The notes below the pieces were generated by a model. It was not told where the DNA came from. It searched no databases and saw only the letters and a program-made list of their open reading frames with translations. A program made the translations under genes and the position numbers. This document shows positions 22,951-36,055 of a stretch of 64,000 nt of DNA, piece by piece. The stretch is from Heptranchias perlo. Its lineage: Eukaryota. The DNA is taken from positions 114,142,001 to 114,206,000 of the forward strand of contig NC_090327.1 in the NCBI RefSeq assembly GCF_035084215.1. Direction: 5' to 3'. How positions within the stretch are numbered: the stretch's first letter is position 1; each line of letters opens with the position of its first letter.

Positions 22951-25184
22951 CAGTCTGATGGTGTCAGTTTGAGGGGTAAATATGCGTAAACAGAAGAATT
23001 CTGAGTGTAAACCAAGAATTTTCAGTCTTATCATAAAGATCTCCCAGCCAAAAGTTTGTCTGAGACATCTGAGAGCCCTGCTGCGATAATTTACCTTTTA
23101 TCCCCATCTGTCAAACAGGCATTTAAATGTCCAACTGGCTGCTGCCTGAAACACGTTTCCTTGAACATGGAGTGTAATCCGCAGCACGGGAAACACGTTG
23201 AGGATGAATTGAAATTGCACCCCGGCCTCAACCTCCACAAAATTAACGACTTAAACAAGATTAATGATGTGAATAAGTGGTTTAAGTATCATCCCGCCAG
23301 CTTTAATTGATGGCAGGACAATAATTGCCGGCCCCCCCCGCCCCCAAAGCACCCGCAATTTGATTTCAAAATCAAGCCCTTCATCTTTGCTCCACCCTTC
23401 CAGAATGTGAATTTGCTGTGAGGGACTGCTCTGCATTACTACACCTAGTATTTAAAATGTTATACCCCAAGGTAAATTCACCAATCACGAGCTTACAGTA
23501 AGAAGTCAAGTTTTAAGATAGCATGGGGCAGAGAACTGATGCCACAGTATCCGGTCCTTCGTCTGATTATGAAGTCCCTGCAATAGTCATTATCTAGATT
23601 GTCATATGATATCTGGACACTTGAATGAGGTACGAGAACAGGACTGGTACCTGTGAAATTATACCATAGTATAAGCCACCACATTCAGGAGATAAGGGTG
23701 GGGTGAAAAAATTGGAAAATTACTGCACTTGTTTTTTTGATATGTTTCTCTCCTTGGCAATTGCTTACCATCTACTATCCTTCTATAGTCAACAAAGCAG
23801 GCAGTTTGTGATGCGAATGTGTCTATTGCAGGTCGACATAAGGTTCAGTTTTTGTCATGTTTTCTTTCTCACCCCTTTGCAGCACTCCATCAAACAACCT
23901 GGCTAAACCTGTCCAGCTTCACCCAACTGAAAAGCAAGTTCAAATGGCAGGCAGACCTCAGTTGGAAGTTACACATACAACCGCTTGAATTATCAGGCTG
24001 CTGGATAAGACCATATTCAAATTAAGATTCACTGCGATCAATTAGCAATGAAGCTTTATGGATTTTACACTTACTTTAGTTGCCCTCGCCACTCTGTGTG
24101 GTCTGTCTGTTACTTTAATTATATTATACAATTTAGTGCACATGTTATGACTAGTATGTCCCTTTAAACAAAGTGATGCAATTATAAGAGAATGTATACT
24201 CTCGGATTGATAACAGCACTAGTCAATTTTAACATAGGTGACAAATATTTTAGAAGTGGAGCACTACCATTTTGAAGAGGGAAATTAAACTACTCAGTTC
24301 AAAAAAATCAGAATTCCGTTTTCATCATTTCATGGTGATGTTTTGTGCAAACAGCATGATGACATTTTGCAATGTGAGTAACACTCACTGCATTGAGTAC
24401 TTATAGAAATAACTCTACAGTTCTGCTTAATAACTTTACAGGAGTAACAATGCCCCTTTTGATAGGTGGCACCAAAGGTAACTGCTTGGAAGCATTTTGT
24501 CTGAATTACATAACAATAATAACAGGATACTCTTGAAAAACAGCAGCACAGTTTGCAATTCAGAGACACTAATGGCAGCATCAAAACAATTAGAATTAAC
24601 ATGAAGCTGCAACTCTCGTGGCTGATATGATTATTTTAAATTTAAACTTAAAACACAGGTCAAAGGATTGTATTTGAGCTGTATACAATACTTTAGAACT
24701 GTTATGTTACAGGTTCCAGTCAGAGGACCCTCAGTGGAAGATACAGCACTGTACTACAGAGTTTTAAGAACTGAGTAACCGTACTGTTAATTTGCTTGTT
24801 CAGCAACATAGCAGCTGTGGCCGTAAAACTTTAAGCGACACACAGTTTCCCTCGCTCTCTCTCACACTCACACAGTTTACAAACAATAGGAATTGTATAG
24901 TAAGAACTTGTGGAGATCGAATTTAATAGTATAAAGCTCTCCGTCACAAACAATTACACTCAAACTTAACAGAACATAGAGGAAAACGCTCCAACACAAG
25001 CAATAAGACTCACACAAGTCATTTAATTTAACTCCAATGTGTAATTCACACCTTAACATAAGTTTTTATGAGCAGCAAACATCCGGGTGTGAATTGTGCA
25101 CCGCTCAGTTGATCTTATACCAGCTAACTGCACGATCTAAAAAAAGTCATTGATGTTTACAAAAATGCAATGATGTGGGAACGC

Positions 25185-25400
25185 CATCACGTCCAAATTC
25201 CCCTCCAAGTCACACACTATCCTGACTAGGACATAAATTGCTGTACCTTCATTCTCATTGGGTTAATAGCCTGGAATTCTCTACCTAACATCATTGCGGG
25301 AGCACCATCAGCACAAGGACTGCTGCAGCTCAAGAAGATGTCCCACATCTAACCCCTTAGGACATCTAGGGATAGCTAATAATTACGCACAACCCGAGAA
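25185..25400 (+). mobile_element. Old 3' fragment of the LINE family at 34275-35289
   Basis: TTCCCCTCCAAGTCACACAC...CCTGGAATTCTCTACCTAACA...GGACTGCTGCAGCTCAAGAAG matches the reverse complement of 34360-34510. Confidence 0.75.
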
Positions 25401-27607
25401 CAACTGGAAATAAAATGCAACCAATGCAACAGATTATATCTATGGAACAATAATAGAAGTGTGTAATGAATTACAATTTTCTACATTTTACTTAGAAATT
25501 GCTATATTGTTTTCTCATTTCTAACTAAAATATTCAAATACATTCTAGAACATTCTGGAACTTAAATAACTAAATAACCTTTACTGAAACACTTATTAAT
25601 ATTTTCCTCAATTAGAATACACAACACACCATAACGTGCAGCTTAACACAATACCTACACCAGTTGCCTATCTCCATTACCTCTCCAATAACTGCAATTG
25701 TCATTTTGGACCAAAAGAGAAATGAAAAAGTTTCCATTTTGCTTAGCAGTTTGTTCCAAGAATATTTGATTTAAAAGCTGCTCTGTTGCCAGACATTTAT
25801 CTAATTCAAATGCAATAATTACCATTTAGAGTCGTAAATTTTCAGAAAATCAATTTTGGAAATGATTGCATAGTAGGAACAGTCTGTGTGCTTCGATAAC
25901 CGCAAAGGCCTTTCTGTAACTCAGTGGGTTAATGGCTACTTTACATCAAAGCATTCTCATCAGCATTTGTCATTTCTTCTTCATATTTTGCATGTGATTT
26001 TTAATGTTAAAATTCAGGTAAAGTATTTATCAGGTGAATGTGTAAAGTTGGCAGATGATCTGCGTATTTGCAGTACACTCGAATGACTTCAGAAGGAAAG
26101 AATGACCACAAAATTCCAACCGTTCTGGAATTCCTCACTCCAAATGACAAACTGCAGTTTGCATGCTTGGTATGTCACACTATACTCATTCCAATTAATT
26201 TTTCAGCCAATATATCATTTTTTTTTAAACAAAAGAACATGTCGGCCAAGTATATAAGAGCTTAAAAAATTGCAGTCTACTTCCCCAAAATGTGTACACT
26301 TGTGTATCTCCTCATTTAAGTGTAAGGAAGCCAAAATATCCCCTCATTTATTACACGTAATCTGATAGTAACAAAGGTTGATTATTTTCAGGTTAATTTT
26401 AATTTATCTAGTATTAAACAACCCTTGGAAATACTGAAAGCTCTTGAAGGTACTCTAAACTGTCCCATTGTAAATTTAAAACGGCATTTTTACCACGTAA
26501 GTTTGCTTTTGGAGTGCAGCTGAGTTTATATTAAATCCTCTTAAGTGTGCGCTTTTGGTTATTGCTAACAAATTATGTAAAATTAGTTGACCTAATAGGA
26601 ATCTACTGTACTTTCAGTTTAATATACATGTGAAATGTTCAATGGTACCTTAGCGTTGCCAAATCTATGGCATCAGCAGGTGGTGTCCTGAGTTAAACAC
26701 TTCTAATAGGTTGAGGCCCACAGACATAAAGTAGAGCCAAGTGAATTGAAGCTAAATCAAACTGACTGTACAAATGCAGTCTCCTTTTAATTGCCATTCC
26801 AATGAATCTTCCTGGTGCCCAATTCCACAGAGAGGTTTTGTCATCTAATAAGTTTGGTTTAACTGTATCATGGCTTCCATTTGGAATACTTGAGAGACAA
26901 ATCTCACCCCAGCCAGCTCAAAGAATTCATGTAAGAACTTATTCATATGCACCAAAAATAACAAACAAATAATAGTTTAAATGCATGTAATGTTTACCTT
27001 GTTTATACAACCGCCCCCGTAGATGATCTGAACCGAATGTTATCTCCTGGGGTTTATATTTACGGCTGCCCAGATTTAGTTTATGTTTTAAATTACCAGC
27101 TCAACATGCACATACTGAATCATTCTTTCCCGCGGGAGTGGGGCAGGGGATTTGCAGCAGGTGTTTGTACCAGCCTGATGCAAATCTCCTGTTTTACAGC
27201 CCAGACTGACTCTGATGAGGAGGGGTATGGGTTTTTATCTTGAGCTATAAACAAAATAATGAACTGTGTACAGTTTTCTATGTATTTCACTCCGCTCCCG
27301 CCCCCTCCTCTCCACGTGTTACACACTAAACTCCGGCCAAGAGGGCAGGCAGGTAACCTGCTCTCAGCCGTCTGCTCATGAAGTTATATAGTCTATTGAC
27401 AGTGGTGCTGGGTGAATTTGTCCGTTTATTTTCATTTTGCTCCCTTTCTACAAAGAAATGCCTAGCCCTCTGCTATCCAACTCGTCCCTGAGGCTAATTC
27501 AGATTCGAAACTCATCATATGGGGAATCGCAGGCGCTCGCCCACAAGCTACCGTTCCACAGCACATTAGAGCACTAGAGCAAAGTGCCACCATTCCATGC
27601 ATGACCT

Positions 27608-28341
27608 GGTCTCAAAATTTAGTGGGGCATAGTTAGACTTGCATGTTTAGGTTTATAAATTGTTTGCGTGGTGAGTTGCTGAAAGTGCGAGCTGATAACG
27701 TCACAGCGAGGGAAACAGGGCATCTGGGACTTGAATGAACAGGGCAAACAACAGGATATCTCCTTAACCGATCAGATTGAAGGACTGTGAAATAAACAGC
27801 ACAAAGGCTGAGAAGGAAATGTAAATTAGAGTGGGTGAATTCAATGTCAAATCAGGTACAGAAAGAGAAATAAAGAAAGGGAAAGAAAGATTGAATTAAG
27901 AGAGAGAGAAAAAAGAAACAGAAAGGAAAAGTTAAAAAAAATTTAAAATTTTTTAAATCTCCAACAATTAAAACCTGAAGGAATGAGACTCCTCACTTGT
28001 AATAGTTAATTTTCAGTGCCAGAGAAGTTGATTGGCAGTAATTAACACTTATCACGTTGTTAAAAGGGTACTTACACTGAAATGGACAAGACTTAACTTT
28101 CTGTGGTGAGTTTAGTTCGTGTCTACTGCCCAAATACAGCAACTTCACACCGTTCAATGTATTTCAATGGTGAGGCAGACAACGTGATGCTGTTTTCGCG
28201 AAGCTAACGGCGGAGCAGCACAACTTGGATTTTTGAGCTTAACCACGCATCTGTCCCTCGCCTGAAGTTGCTGTACCATTTGCACATATATTACAGCAAA
28301 CGCCATTAGCCTTACCATTATTTTGGCAGCAAATTATGGCC
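27608..28341 (-). mobile_element. Non-autonomous Harbinger-type element, paralogue of 60876-61623 in opposite orientation
   Basis: Reverse complement aligns over most of its length with 60876-61623 (e.g. AAGTACCCTTTTAAC, CTCTGGCACTGAAAAT, GGAGTCTCATT); terminus GGCCATAATTTGCTG; left boundary approximate. Confidence 0.85.
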
Positions 28342-30224
28342 TAGTGTTTTTCAGCTGCAAATTTGATATAAGTGAGGCTACTGTGGATCCTGGTCACTAT
28401 GCTAAGGAGCTCCACAACAGGAAGCTAGTTTAAACTTTGCACAAAATGATCTTATTCAAGTTAGATTTGAACACTGTGTTTTGCATCTCTGTCAATACCT
28501 CATACCCACCACATCTAAACAACCTCCTACCAAGTTCCTAATGCCACTATTGAACTTTCCAGTCTGAAAGTATGGCAGCATGATCATTCCTACTTGATCT
28601 TTTATTTGTGTAGGGAGGATGGCATCCTGTATGTTGACAAGGTCTATTTATATTCAACACTTGAATCAGATAATTCAGAAAAGTCACTTTCTCCAGTGAT
28701 AATTGTAAGTGCAATCAAATCTTTAATTTTAACACTCATTATCTTCTCAAGTACAAATGGGAGAAAGGTTGGGCTTTTGCTATCAGCACCCTAACACACA
28801 GTGCAAGCCAGACCCATAATCTCCACAACAACAGTGAAGAGCTTATTTTAGCACCATCAGGCTAGTTTACCTCAACAATATCTTCTCTTTTCCCCTGAAT
28901 TCAGTAACTGCCAAAGATACTGTCTGCTCTTGGCTCTTTAGATAGGTCCCTTCTTCCTTGAGGAGATCGAGGGAGCTCACAGTTCAGCTCTGATAGCAAT
29001 GCCACGAATTATCAGCAGGATGCGTGGAGCGAAGTCCGGATCAAAAACACAGCCTGTTCTGCAGCTGTTAATTAGAACTGAGGTAATTGATTCTGACAGA
29101 ACAAAGCAGCAGATCGCTAAAAGCATGTAAATCATTTTGTTTCCACCTATGCGATTCATAGTCTGCCAGGCAACAGTGAATGTGACAGCACCAACCTTCT
29201 GATGCCATGGTGCACCTGAGCACAACCCAGAACTGACAATGCTTACTATACAATGCCAAATGCTCCCCTTCAAATCAGAGGCAGGTGTTTTTTTTCTCGT
29301 TTACAGCTGGAATCATTGAATTAGTAACCAAGATATTCAACACCACAATCTGGATATCATAGGTCACATGATATCATTAATACATACTTTGAATATAATG
29401 GTTTATGGCAAAGAGTTACTACCATTCTGGAGGTGGCCACTTAAGATTGTTGCAAGTTTTTTTTATAAGATGTTATTTACAGTTCATTTTACAAAGCTGT
29501 AGCAAGTGAAATATGGTCATAGAATAAAGTGGGCGTTCAGTGGCAAAATAAAGACCATTTTTTTTGTACCGAGATACTGAGGCAGGACAGAACCAAGTTC
29601 CCATGGTTGAAAAGAGGATAGAATATGAGATAATTGTAGGAGGAAGGGACAATTTAAAAGGTATGGAGCTAAGCATGAGACAAAGGAAGTGAATAGTGGA
29701 AAAGGACCGTAAAAATATTCTGAACACCCAAGATTCCACGAGGCCAAGTGATGAAGTCACTCTGTGCTCTGACATGATATGGTCTGTTGAGGTGTTAACC
29801 AAAGCATGTTACTACAGTAACATACTGTGCTACCATAGTGTACTCCAATGCCTCTGTCTGTGGAGTTTCTTAGTAGGCTGGCCAGGCTGTTAGGGGCCAA
29901 ATAGTTGACTAATGCTGAACTAATAACCTGAAATGGTGATGGCAGTTTATTTACTTTTGTGTGAAAGGCTTAGAACTCATGAGAGTGAATGTCACCATCG
30001 CTGGGGTGATATTGTATTGGCAAGTGGCTTGGAGAAAAATCTTTGGATTTTGATGTCCTGTATGTTGCTGTTGAAGCATTTTGACATCTGGGCAATGGAA
30101 CTACCCATCGTACTCAAACTTAATAGTAAAGGTAAAGACCATGAATATGGAAATAAAAAGAACAAATGCTGAAAATGAGACATCTGAACAGTTAATCACC
30201 CTGACATTAATTCGTTAATTTTAG

Positions 30225-30365
30225 GTGCTTAACAGAGGCGTAATCAAAAGAATAATCAATGAGCCAATATTAGGAAGGGTGACCAAAAGCTTGGTAAAGA
30301 GGTAGGTTTTAAGAAGAGTCTTCGTGTAGAAGGAGATTAAGAAAAGGAGGGGTTTGGGGAGAGTC
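30225..30365 (-). mobile_element. L2-clade 3' fragment
   Basis: GGGTGACCAAAAGCTTGGTAAAGAGGTAGGTTTTAAG as in 15450-15490. Confidence 0.65.
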
Positions 30366-30474
30366 AAGGTCTTCATGGGTTCTCATTGGGAAAATGAGCA
30401 TGTGCAAATAATTCCTAAGGATGCCTGATCAATGTGATTCAAATGCCATTGGAACAATGTCAAGTTCCTTCAAA

Positions 30475-32290
30475 ATGTTATAAATATATAAAGAGTAAAA
30501 GGATAGTCAAAGGAAGGATGAGGCTGATTACGGACCAAAAAGGAAATCTTCTTGTGGAAACAGAGGGCATGGTTGAAGTGCTAAATGAGTACTTTGCGTC
30601 TGTCTTCACTAAAGAAGAGGATGCTGCCAATATCAGAGTAAGGGAGGAGGGGGTAAAGAAATTAGATAGGATAAAAATAGATAAAGAGGAGGTACTTAAA
30701 AGGGTTGGTGGTACTCAAAGTAGAAAAGTCACCCAGTCCGGAAGCGAGCATCCTAGGTTGCTGAGGGAATTATGGTGGAAATAGCGGAGGCCTTGGCCAC
30801 CATACTTCAATCCTCCTTGGATATAGGAGTGGTGTCAGAGAACTGGAGGGTTGCAAAGGTTACAGCCCTGATCAAAAAAGGGGAGGCAGATAAACCCAGT
30901 AACTTCAGGCCAATCAGCCTAATGTCATTGGTGTGGAAACGTTTAGAGACAATAATCTGGGACAAAATTAATTGTCACTTGGAAAAACGTGGGTTAATAA
31001 ATGACAGCTAGCACATATTTGTTAAAGGCAAATCAATCTGACAAACTTGACTGAGTTCTTTGATGAAGTAACAGAGAGGGTTGATGAGGGTAGTGCAATT
31101 GATGTCGTGTATATGGACTTCCAAAAGACGTTTGATAAAGTGCCACATAATAGACTTGTTCACAAAATTGAAGTCCATGGGATTAAAAGGGCAGTGGCAG
31201 CGTGGAAACGAAGTTGGCTAAGAGACAGAAAGCAGAGAGTAGTGGTGAGCGGTTGTTTTTCAGAGTGAAGGGAAGTGTACAGTGGTGTCCCCAGGGGTCA
31301 GTATTAAGACCACTGCTCTTTTTGATATATATTAATGACCTGGACTTGGATATAAAGGGCATAATTTCAAAGTTTGTAGATGACACGAAACTTGGAAATG
31401 TAGTAAACAGTGTGGAGGATCATAGCAGACATCAGGAGGACATACACAGACTGGTGAAATGGGCAGACAGATGGCAGATGAGAATTAACACAGAGAAGTG
31501 TGAAGTGATGAATTTTGAAAGGAAGAATGAGGAGACACAATATAAACTAAATTATACAATTTTAAAGGAGTGCAGGAACAGAGACCTGGGGGTGTATGTA
31601 CACAAATCTTTGAAGGTGGCAGGACAAGTTGATATGGCTGTTAAAAAAGCATACGGTATCCTGGGCTTTATAAATAGTGGCATAGAGTACAAAAGAAAGG
31701 AAGTTATGCTAAACCTTTATAAATCACTGGTTAGGCCTCAGCTGGAGTATTGTGTTCAATTCTGGGCACCACACTTTAGGAAGGTGTCAATACACTGGAG
31801 AGGGTGCAGAAGAGATCTACTGGAATGGTACCAGGTATGAGAGATTTCAGTTATGTGGAGAGACTGGAGAAGCTGGGATTGATCTCCTTAGAGCAGAGAA
31901 GATTAAGGAAAGATTTAATAGAGGTGTTCAAAATTATGAAGGGGTTTTGATAGAATAAATAAGAAGAAACTGTTTCCATTGGCAGAAGGGTCGGTGACCA
32001 GAGGACACAGATTTAAGGTATTAGGCAAAAGAACCACAGCAGAGATGAGGAGAATTTTTTTTACACAGTGAGTTGTTATGATCTGGAATGCACTGCCTGA
32101 AAAGGTGGTGCAAGCAGATTCAATTTTAACTTTCAAAACGGAATTATTTATATATATATTTACTTGAAAAGGAAAATTTTGCTATATGGGGAAAAAGCAG
32201 GAGAGTGGAACTAATTGGGTTGCTTTCAAAGAGCCAACACAGGCACGATGGGCTGAATGGCCTCCTTCGGTGCTGTATGATTCTAATTCT
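30475..32290 (+). mobile_element. CR1 LINE ORF2 (RT), 5'-truncated, frameshifted
   Basis: EVLNEYFASVFTKE, KPSNFRPISL, DVVYMDFQKTFDKVPH, PQGSVLRPLLFLIYINDL, KFVDDTKL, LVRPQLEYCVQFWAP; CR1 tail at about 32245-32290. Confidence 0.95.
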
Positions 32291-32869
32291 TACAGCATCT
32301 CAGCTGCCATTCTCTTTCAGTGCACAATTGTTGTTTTGCTTGGTATGCAACCAGTGGAGACTTGAGGACTTAGTTGGAGGGTAGGGGTAATTTAAAGAAA
32401 CAATTAGCAAAGAAAAATAAAACAAGAGACGCTATAAGAAAAAGAAAAAGTGCAAAGCAGCCACAAGAAAAATAGTCAGACAAGCTAAACAGCAGCAAGG
32501 AATAGCAGAACACCATAAGGGCTCTGTAAATATATTATAGTATAACCTCAACATTAATAATCTTTTAAAAATCCCATTTCTAGATAAATGCCACTTATCA
32601 TTCTTATGATAAGTGGCACTGTTTCCCTTTCTTTCTTGGTACATTCATATTTATGTGTACACATGCAAACATACAAGAAAATCTAGAGAAAATGTGGGAC
32701 ATACAGGAATAATCAAGTCATGATGAAGAAGCATTGTAAAGGTAAGAAGGGATGTAAGGTAGAAATCTTGAGTGAGTAAAACATGTAGAAAATAATGCCT
32801 CTGTATGCACATCTTGTCCTTTTGCACCATAGAGATGATTGGCAATTTTTTTGTTTTTTCCCCAATTTT

Positions 32870-33250
32870 TCCCCTCGTCTCTTGAAAGTGGTGACTCATG
32901 GTTGGCTATAGTTCGAAAGATGTTGGCAGTCATCAAGTATCTCAGTCAAGTGCCATTCTTTATGTGTGAGCCAAGTGTCAGTGGGCTATTCAACCTCTGA
33001 GAGCTTCACTGGATTTCGTTCTTAACCAAATTTCACGTGGACTTTCCAGAATTCACTGAATAGTGAGAACATGAGGCATCCTTGGTTGATTTTTCCACGC
33101 TGGTTCACTAGGCTAACTCTAGTGCCCTAACTGTTGCCCTGGCAGAGATCAACTATGTTAAAACAAACCAGAAATCAAACTTGGGACCTTATGGTCTGCA
33201 TGGTTTAGTACTACACCAGGCAGTGGTTTTATCACTAGGCCGTAAGGAGG
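32870..33250 (-). mobile_element. Degenerate copy of the SINE family at 36490-36930
   Basis: GGTGACTCATG, AAGTGCCATTCTTTATGTGTGAGCC and GGGACCTTATGGTCTG correspond to reverse-complemented blocks of the 36490 element. Confidence 0.5.
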
Positions 33251-34274
33251 AGCTCATTTATCTAAACTGCTTACATTAATCTGCATTGAGTATAATTGTG
33301 GTAACTGGGCAGTCGTAATAGCAGGGTATCTAAAAGGATCACAGGATTCTTCATCAAATTTATAATGCCACAACAAGCCCTCAAGTTTCTCATAGATCTT
33401 GGAAAATATGGACACCTCATACGCATGCTTACCCTTTCATGAATTCAAGAGTCAGTTGAGAACCAAACCACTGTTCCTTTTAAACAGAAAGTACTCTCCA
33501 CCTGCCTTCCATTTTTACTAAGGATAGCCTTGAAACTACTGGCAAACAAAATAGCAGGGACCTGGAACATTTAGCATGAACGGTGTAAACAAGATGCAAT
33601 CCCTTATAGTTAGATCCAAACTGGGGATGCAATTCTTTATACTTTCGATCTAGCCACATACAACTTTAGGATCCTAGCAGAAATGGCATTAAGGGAAGTT
33701 CAAAAAGGTGTAAATTTATTTCTTAGTCTGAATCTCAAGTTCTGATAAATTAATATCCGAATAACTAAAGGCTTATAATAGAGATAGTTGGATAGAAATA
33801 AAGAAAGACAGACAGACTTCTTAATTTGTCAACTAACAATAATTTCTGCAGTACAAGTTCAGAGACATCAGCTTCTAGGTCTCTTTGCTACAGAGTCCAC
33901 AAGTCTAAGTATTCCTCGAATAGCAGGAGAGTTTGCTTTGATGAAATATCACTGATGTCATGGGAATCTAAAGGAAGATAATCTATACTTTGCCAAATAT
34001 GCTGGCTAACAGTGTATAGAATTTAGAAAATAAAAGAAAATCCAAGTTTAAAAGTATAATGCAGAGTTCAAATGGTTAAATTAAATACGAAGTAGTAGAC
34101 CTTACGAACAAAAGATATTCTTGCAACTAGGGCATCAGACCAATTGGAAGTAAGTCTGTCCAATACTTCAAACTCAAAACTACATTTATTGCCTGCTGCC
34201 AGCTGCTAGTCAGTCTCAAGGGTGTAAGGTAAAATCCCTGCTGATTCAGTGGAAATAATCACATACGTTCAGTT

Positions 34275-35289
34275 TTTTTTTCTTTATTCGTTCATGGGAT
34301 GTGGGCGTCGCTGGAGAGGCCGGCATTTATTGCCCATCCCAAATTGCCCTTGAGAAGGTGGTGGTGAGCTGCCTTCTTGAACCACTGCAGTCCGTGTGGT
34401 GAAGGTTCTCCCACAGTGGTGTTAGGAAGGGAGTTCCAGGATTTTGACCCAGCGATGATGAAGGAACGGCGATATATTTCCAAGTCGGGATGGTGTGTGA
34501 CTTGAAGGGGAATGTGCAGTTGGTGTTGTTCCCATGTACCTGCTGCTCTTGTCCTTCTAGGTGGTAGAGGTCGCGGGTTTGGGAGGTGCTGTCGAAGAAG
34601 CCATGGCGAGTTGCTGCAGTGCATCCTGTGGATGGTACACACTGCAGCCACTGTGCGGCGGTGGTGAAGGGAGTGAATGTTTAGGGTGGTGGATGGGGTG
34701 CCAATTAAGCGGGCTGCTTTGCCCTGGATGGTGTCGAGCTTCTTGAGTGTTGTTGCAGCTGCACTCATCCAAGCAAGTGGAGAGTATTCCATCACACACC
34801 TGACTTGTGCCTTGTAGATGGTGGAAAGGCTTTGGGGAGTCAGGAGGTGAGTCACTCGCTGCAGAATACCCAGCCTCTGACCTGCTCTTGTAGCCACAGT
34901 ATTTATATGGCTGGTCCAGTTAAGTTTCTGGTCAATGGTGACCCCCAGGATGTTGATGGTGGGGGATTCAGCAATGGTAATGGTAATGCCGTTGAATGTC
35001 AAGGGGAGGTGGTTAGACTCTCTCTTGTTGGAGATGGTCATTGCCTGCCACTTGTCTGGCACGAATGTTACTTGCCACTTATCAGCCCAAGCCTGGATGT
35101 TGTCCAGGTCTTGCTGCATGCGGGCTTGGACTGCTTCATTATTTGAGGGGTTGCGAATGGAACTGAACACTGTGCAATCATCAGCAAACATCCCCATTTC
35201 TGACCTTATGATGGAGGGAAGGTCATTGATGGAGCAGCTGAAGATGGTTGGGCCTAGGACACTGCCCAGAGGAACTCCTGCAGCAATGC
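34275..35289 (-). mobile_element. Young 5'-truncated CR1/L2-group LINE (family distinct from the other CR1s), RT C-terminal half plus A-tail
   Basis: 337-aa ORF with GVPLGSVLGPTIFSCSINDL, MFADD, WADKWQVTF, LGVTIDQKLNWTSHI, YKAQVRCVMEY; poly-T at 34275 on the plus strand. Confidence 0.93.
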
Positions 35290-35779
35290 CAGCCTTTGTG
35301 GACATATACGTGAATATGTAATTCTGAGCAGCCTGGTAAAGTTAAACTGCCAAATAGGAGATCTGAGTTTGAATCCCAGGCCTTACTTAGCATGGAAGAG
35401 GCAAGGTTGAAATCAAGCCAATGCTATATGAGAAAATGTAAAAATTAGTGTGCTGTACATTCCTGGAGCACATTATAGTTTTTGACCAGATTGAAACAAC
35501 TGAAGTGCATTTTCAGGGTGCCAAAGGTCCTCTCAATAACTGATATTTCTACCGTGTGTACCTTTTTCGTGTTTCACTGCTTGGGTTATGCACAGTGTCA
35601 ACTGAGGCCATATCTCTTACAGTGCTCACTGATAGAGCTTAGACTTTTCCTGTATATTTCAGTAAATTCTTGCTTATTTTCCTCTGTGTGTTCTTGTGTA
35701 CATCAGCAGTGAAAATCATGATGGAAAGAATGGAAATATTTGTCCTTTGAATCCTTTAAAGCAAAGCTTTTCCAGTGAA

Positions 35780-36055
35780 TGTCAAAGATCCCATGGCCCT
35801 ATTCAAAGAGAGCAAGGAGTTCTCCCGGTGTCCTGGCCAACATTTCTCCCTCAATCAACACCACCGACAATAGATTAACTGGTCATTCATCTCACTGTTG
35901 ATCATGGAATCCTGCTGTGCCCAAAATGGCTGTTATTTTTACATACGTAACAACAGCCACTGTACTTCAAAGTAATTCAGTGTATGTGAAACATTTTAAA
36001 ACATTTCTGAGAGACACGATAAGGTGCTATATAAATGGACGTCCTTTCCTTTTTT
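35780..36055 (+). mobile_element. Deu-SINE, 5'-truncated
   Basis: AAAGATCCCATGGCCCTATTCAAAGAGAGCAAGGAGTTCTCCCGGTGTCCTGGCCAACATTT...AAGGTGCTATATAAATG. Confidence 0.85.

Larger units (their letters stand above)
19192..23379. mobile_element. Full-length PIF/Harbinger DNA transposon (4188 bp) with two convergent genes
   Basis: 13-bp TIRs GGGCTCGATTTTG (19192-19204) and CAAAATCAAGCCC (23367-23379); 3-bp flanks CTC/TTC; contains a Myb/SANT gene (+) and a DDE transposase (-). Confidence 0.93.

Noticed and set aside
28981-29092. Minus-strand coding exon (SITSVLINSCRTGCVFDPDFAPRILLIIRG)
   Set aside because: Splice-like ends exist, but the phase does not fit the nearest downstream candidate and the peptide is unrecognised; better treated as part of an enhancer-like block
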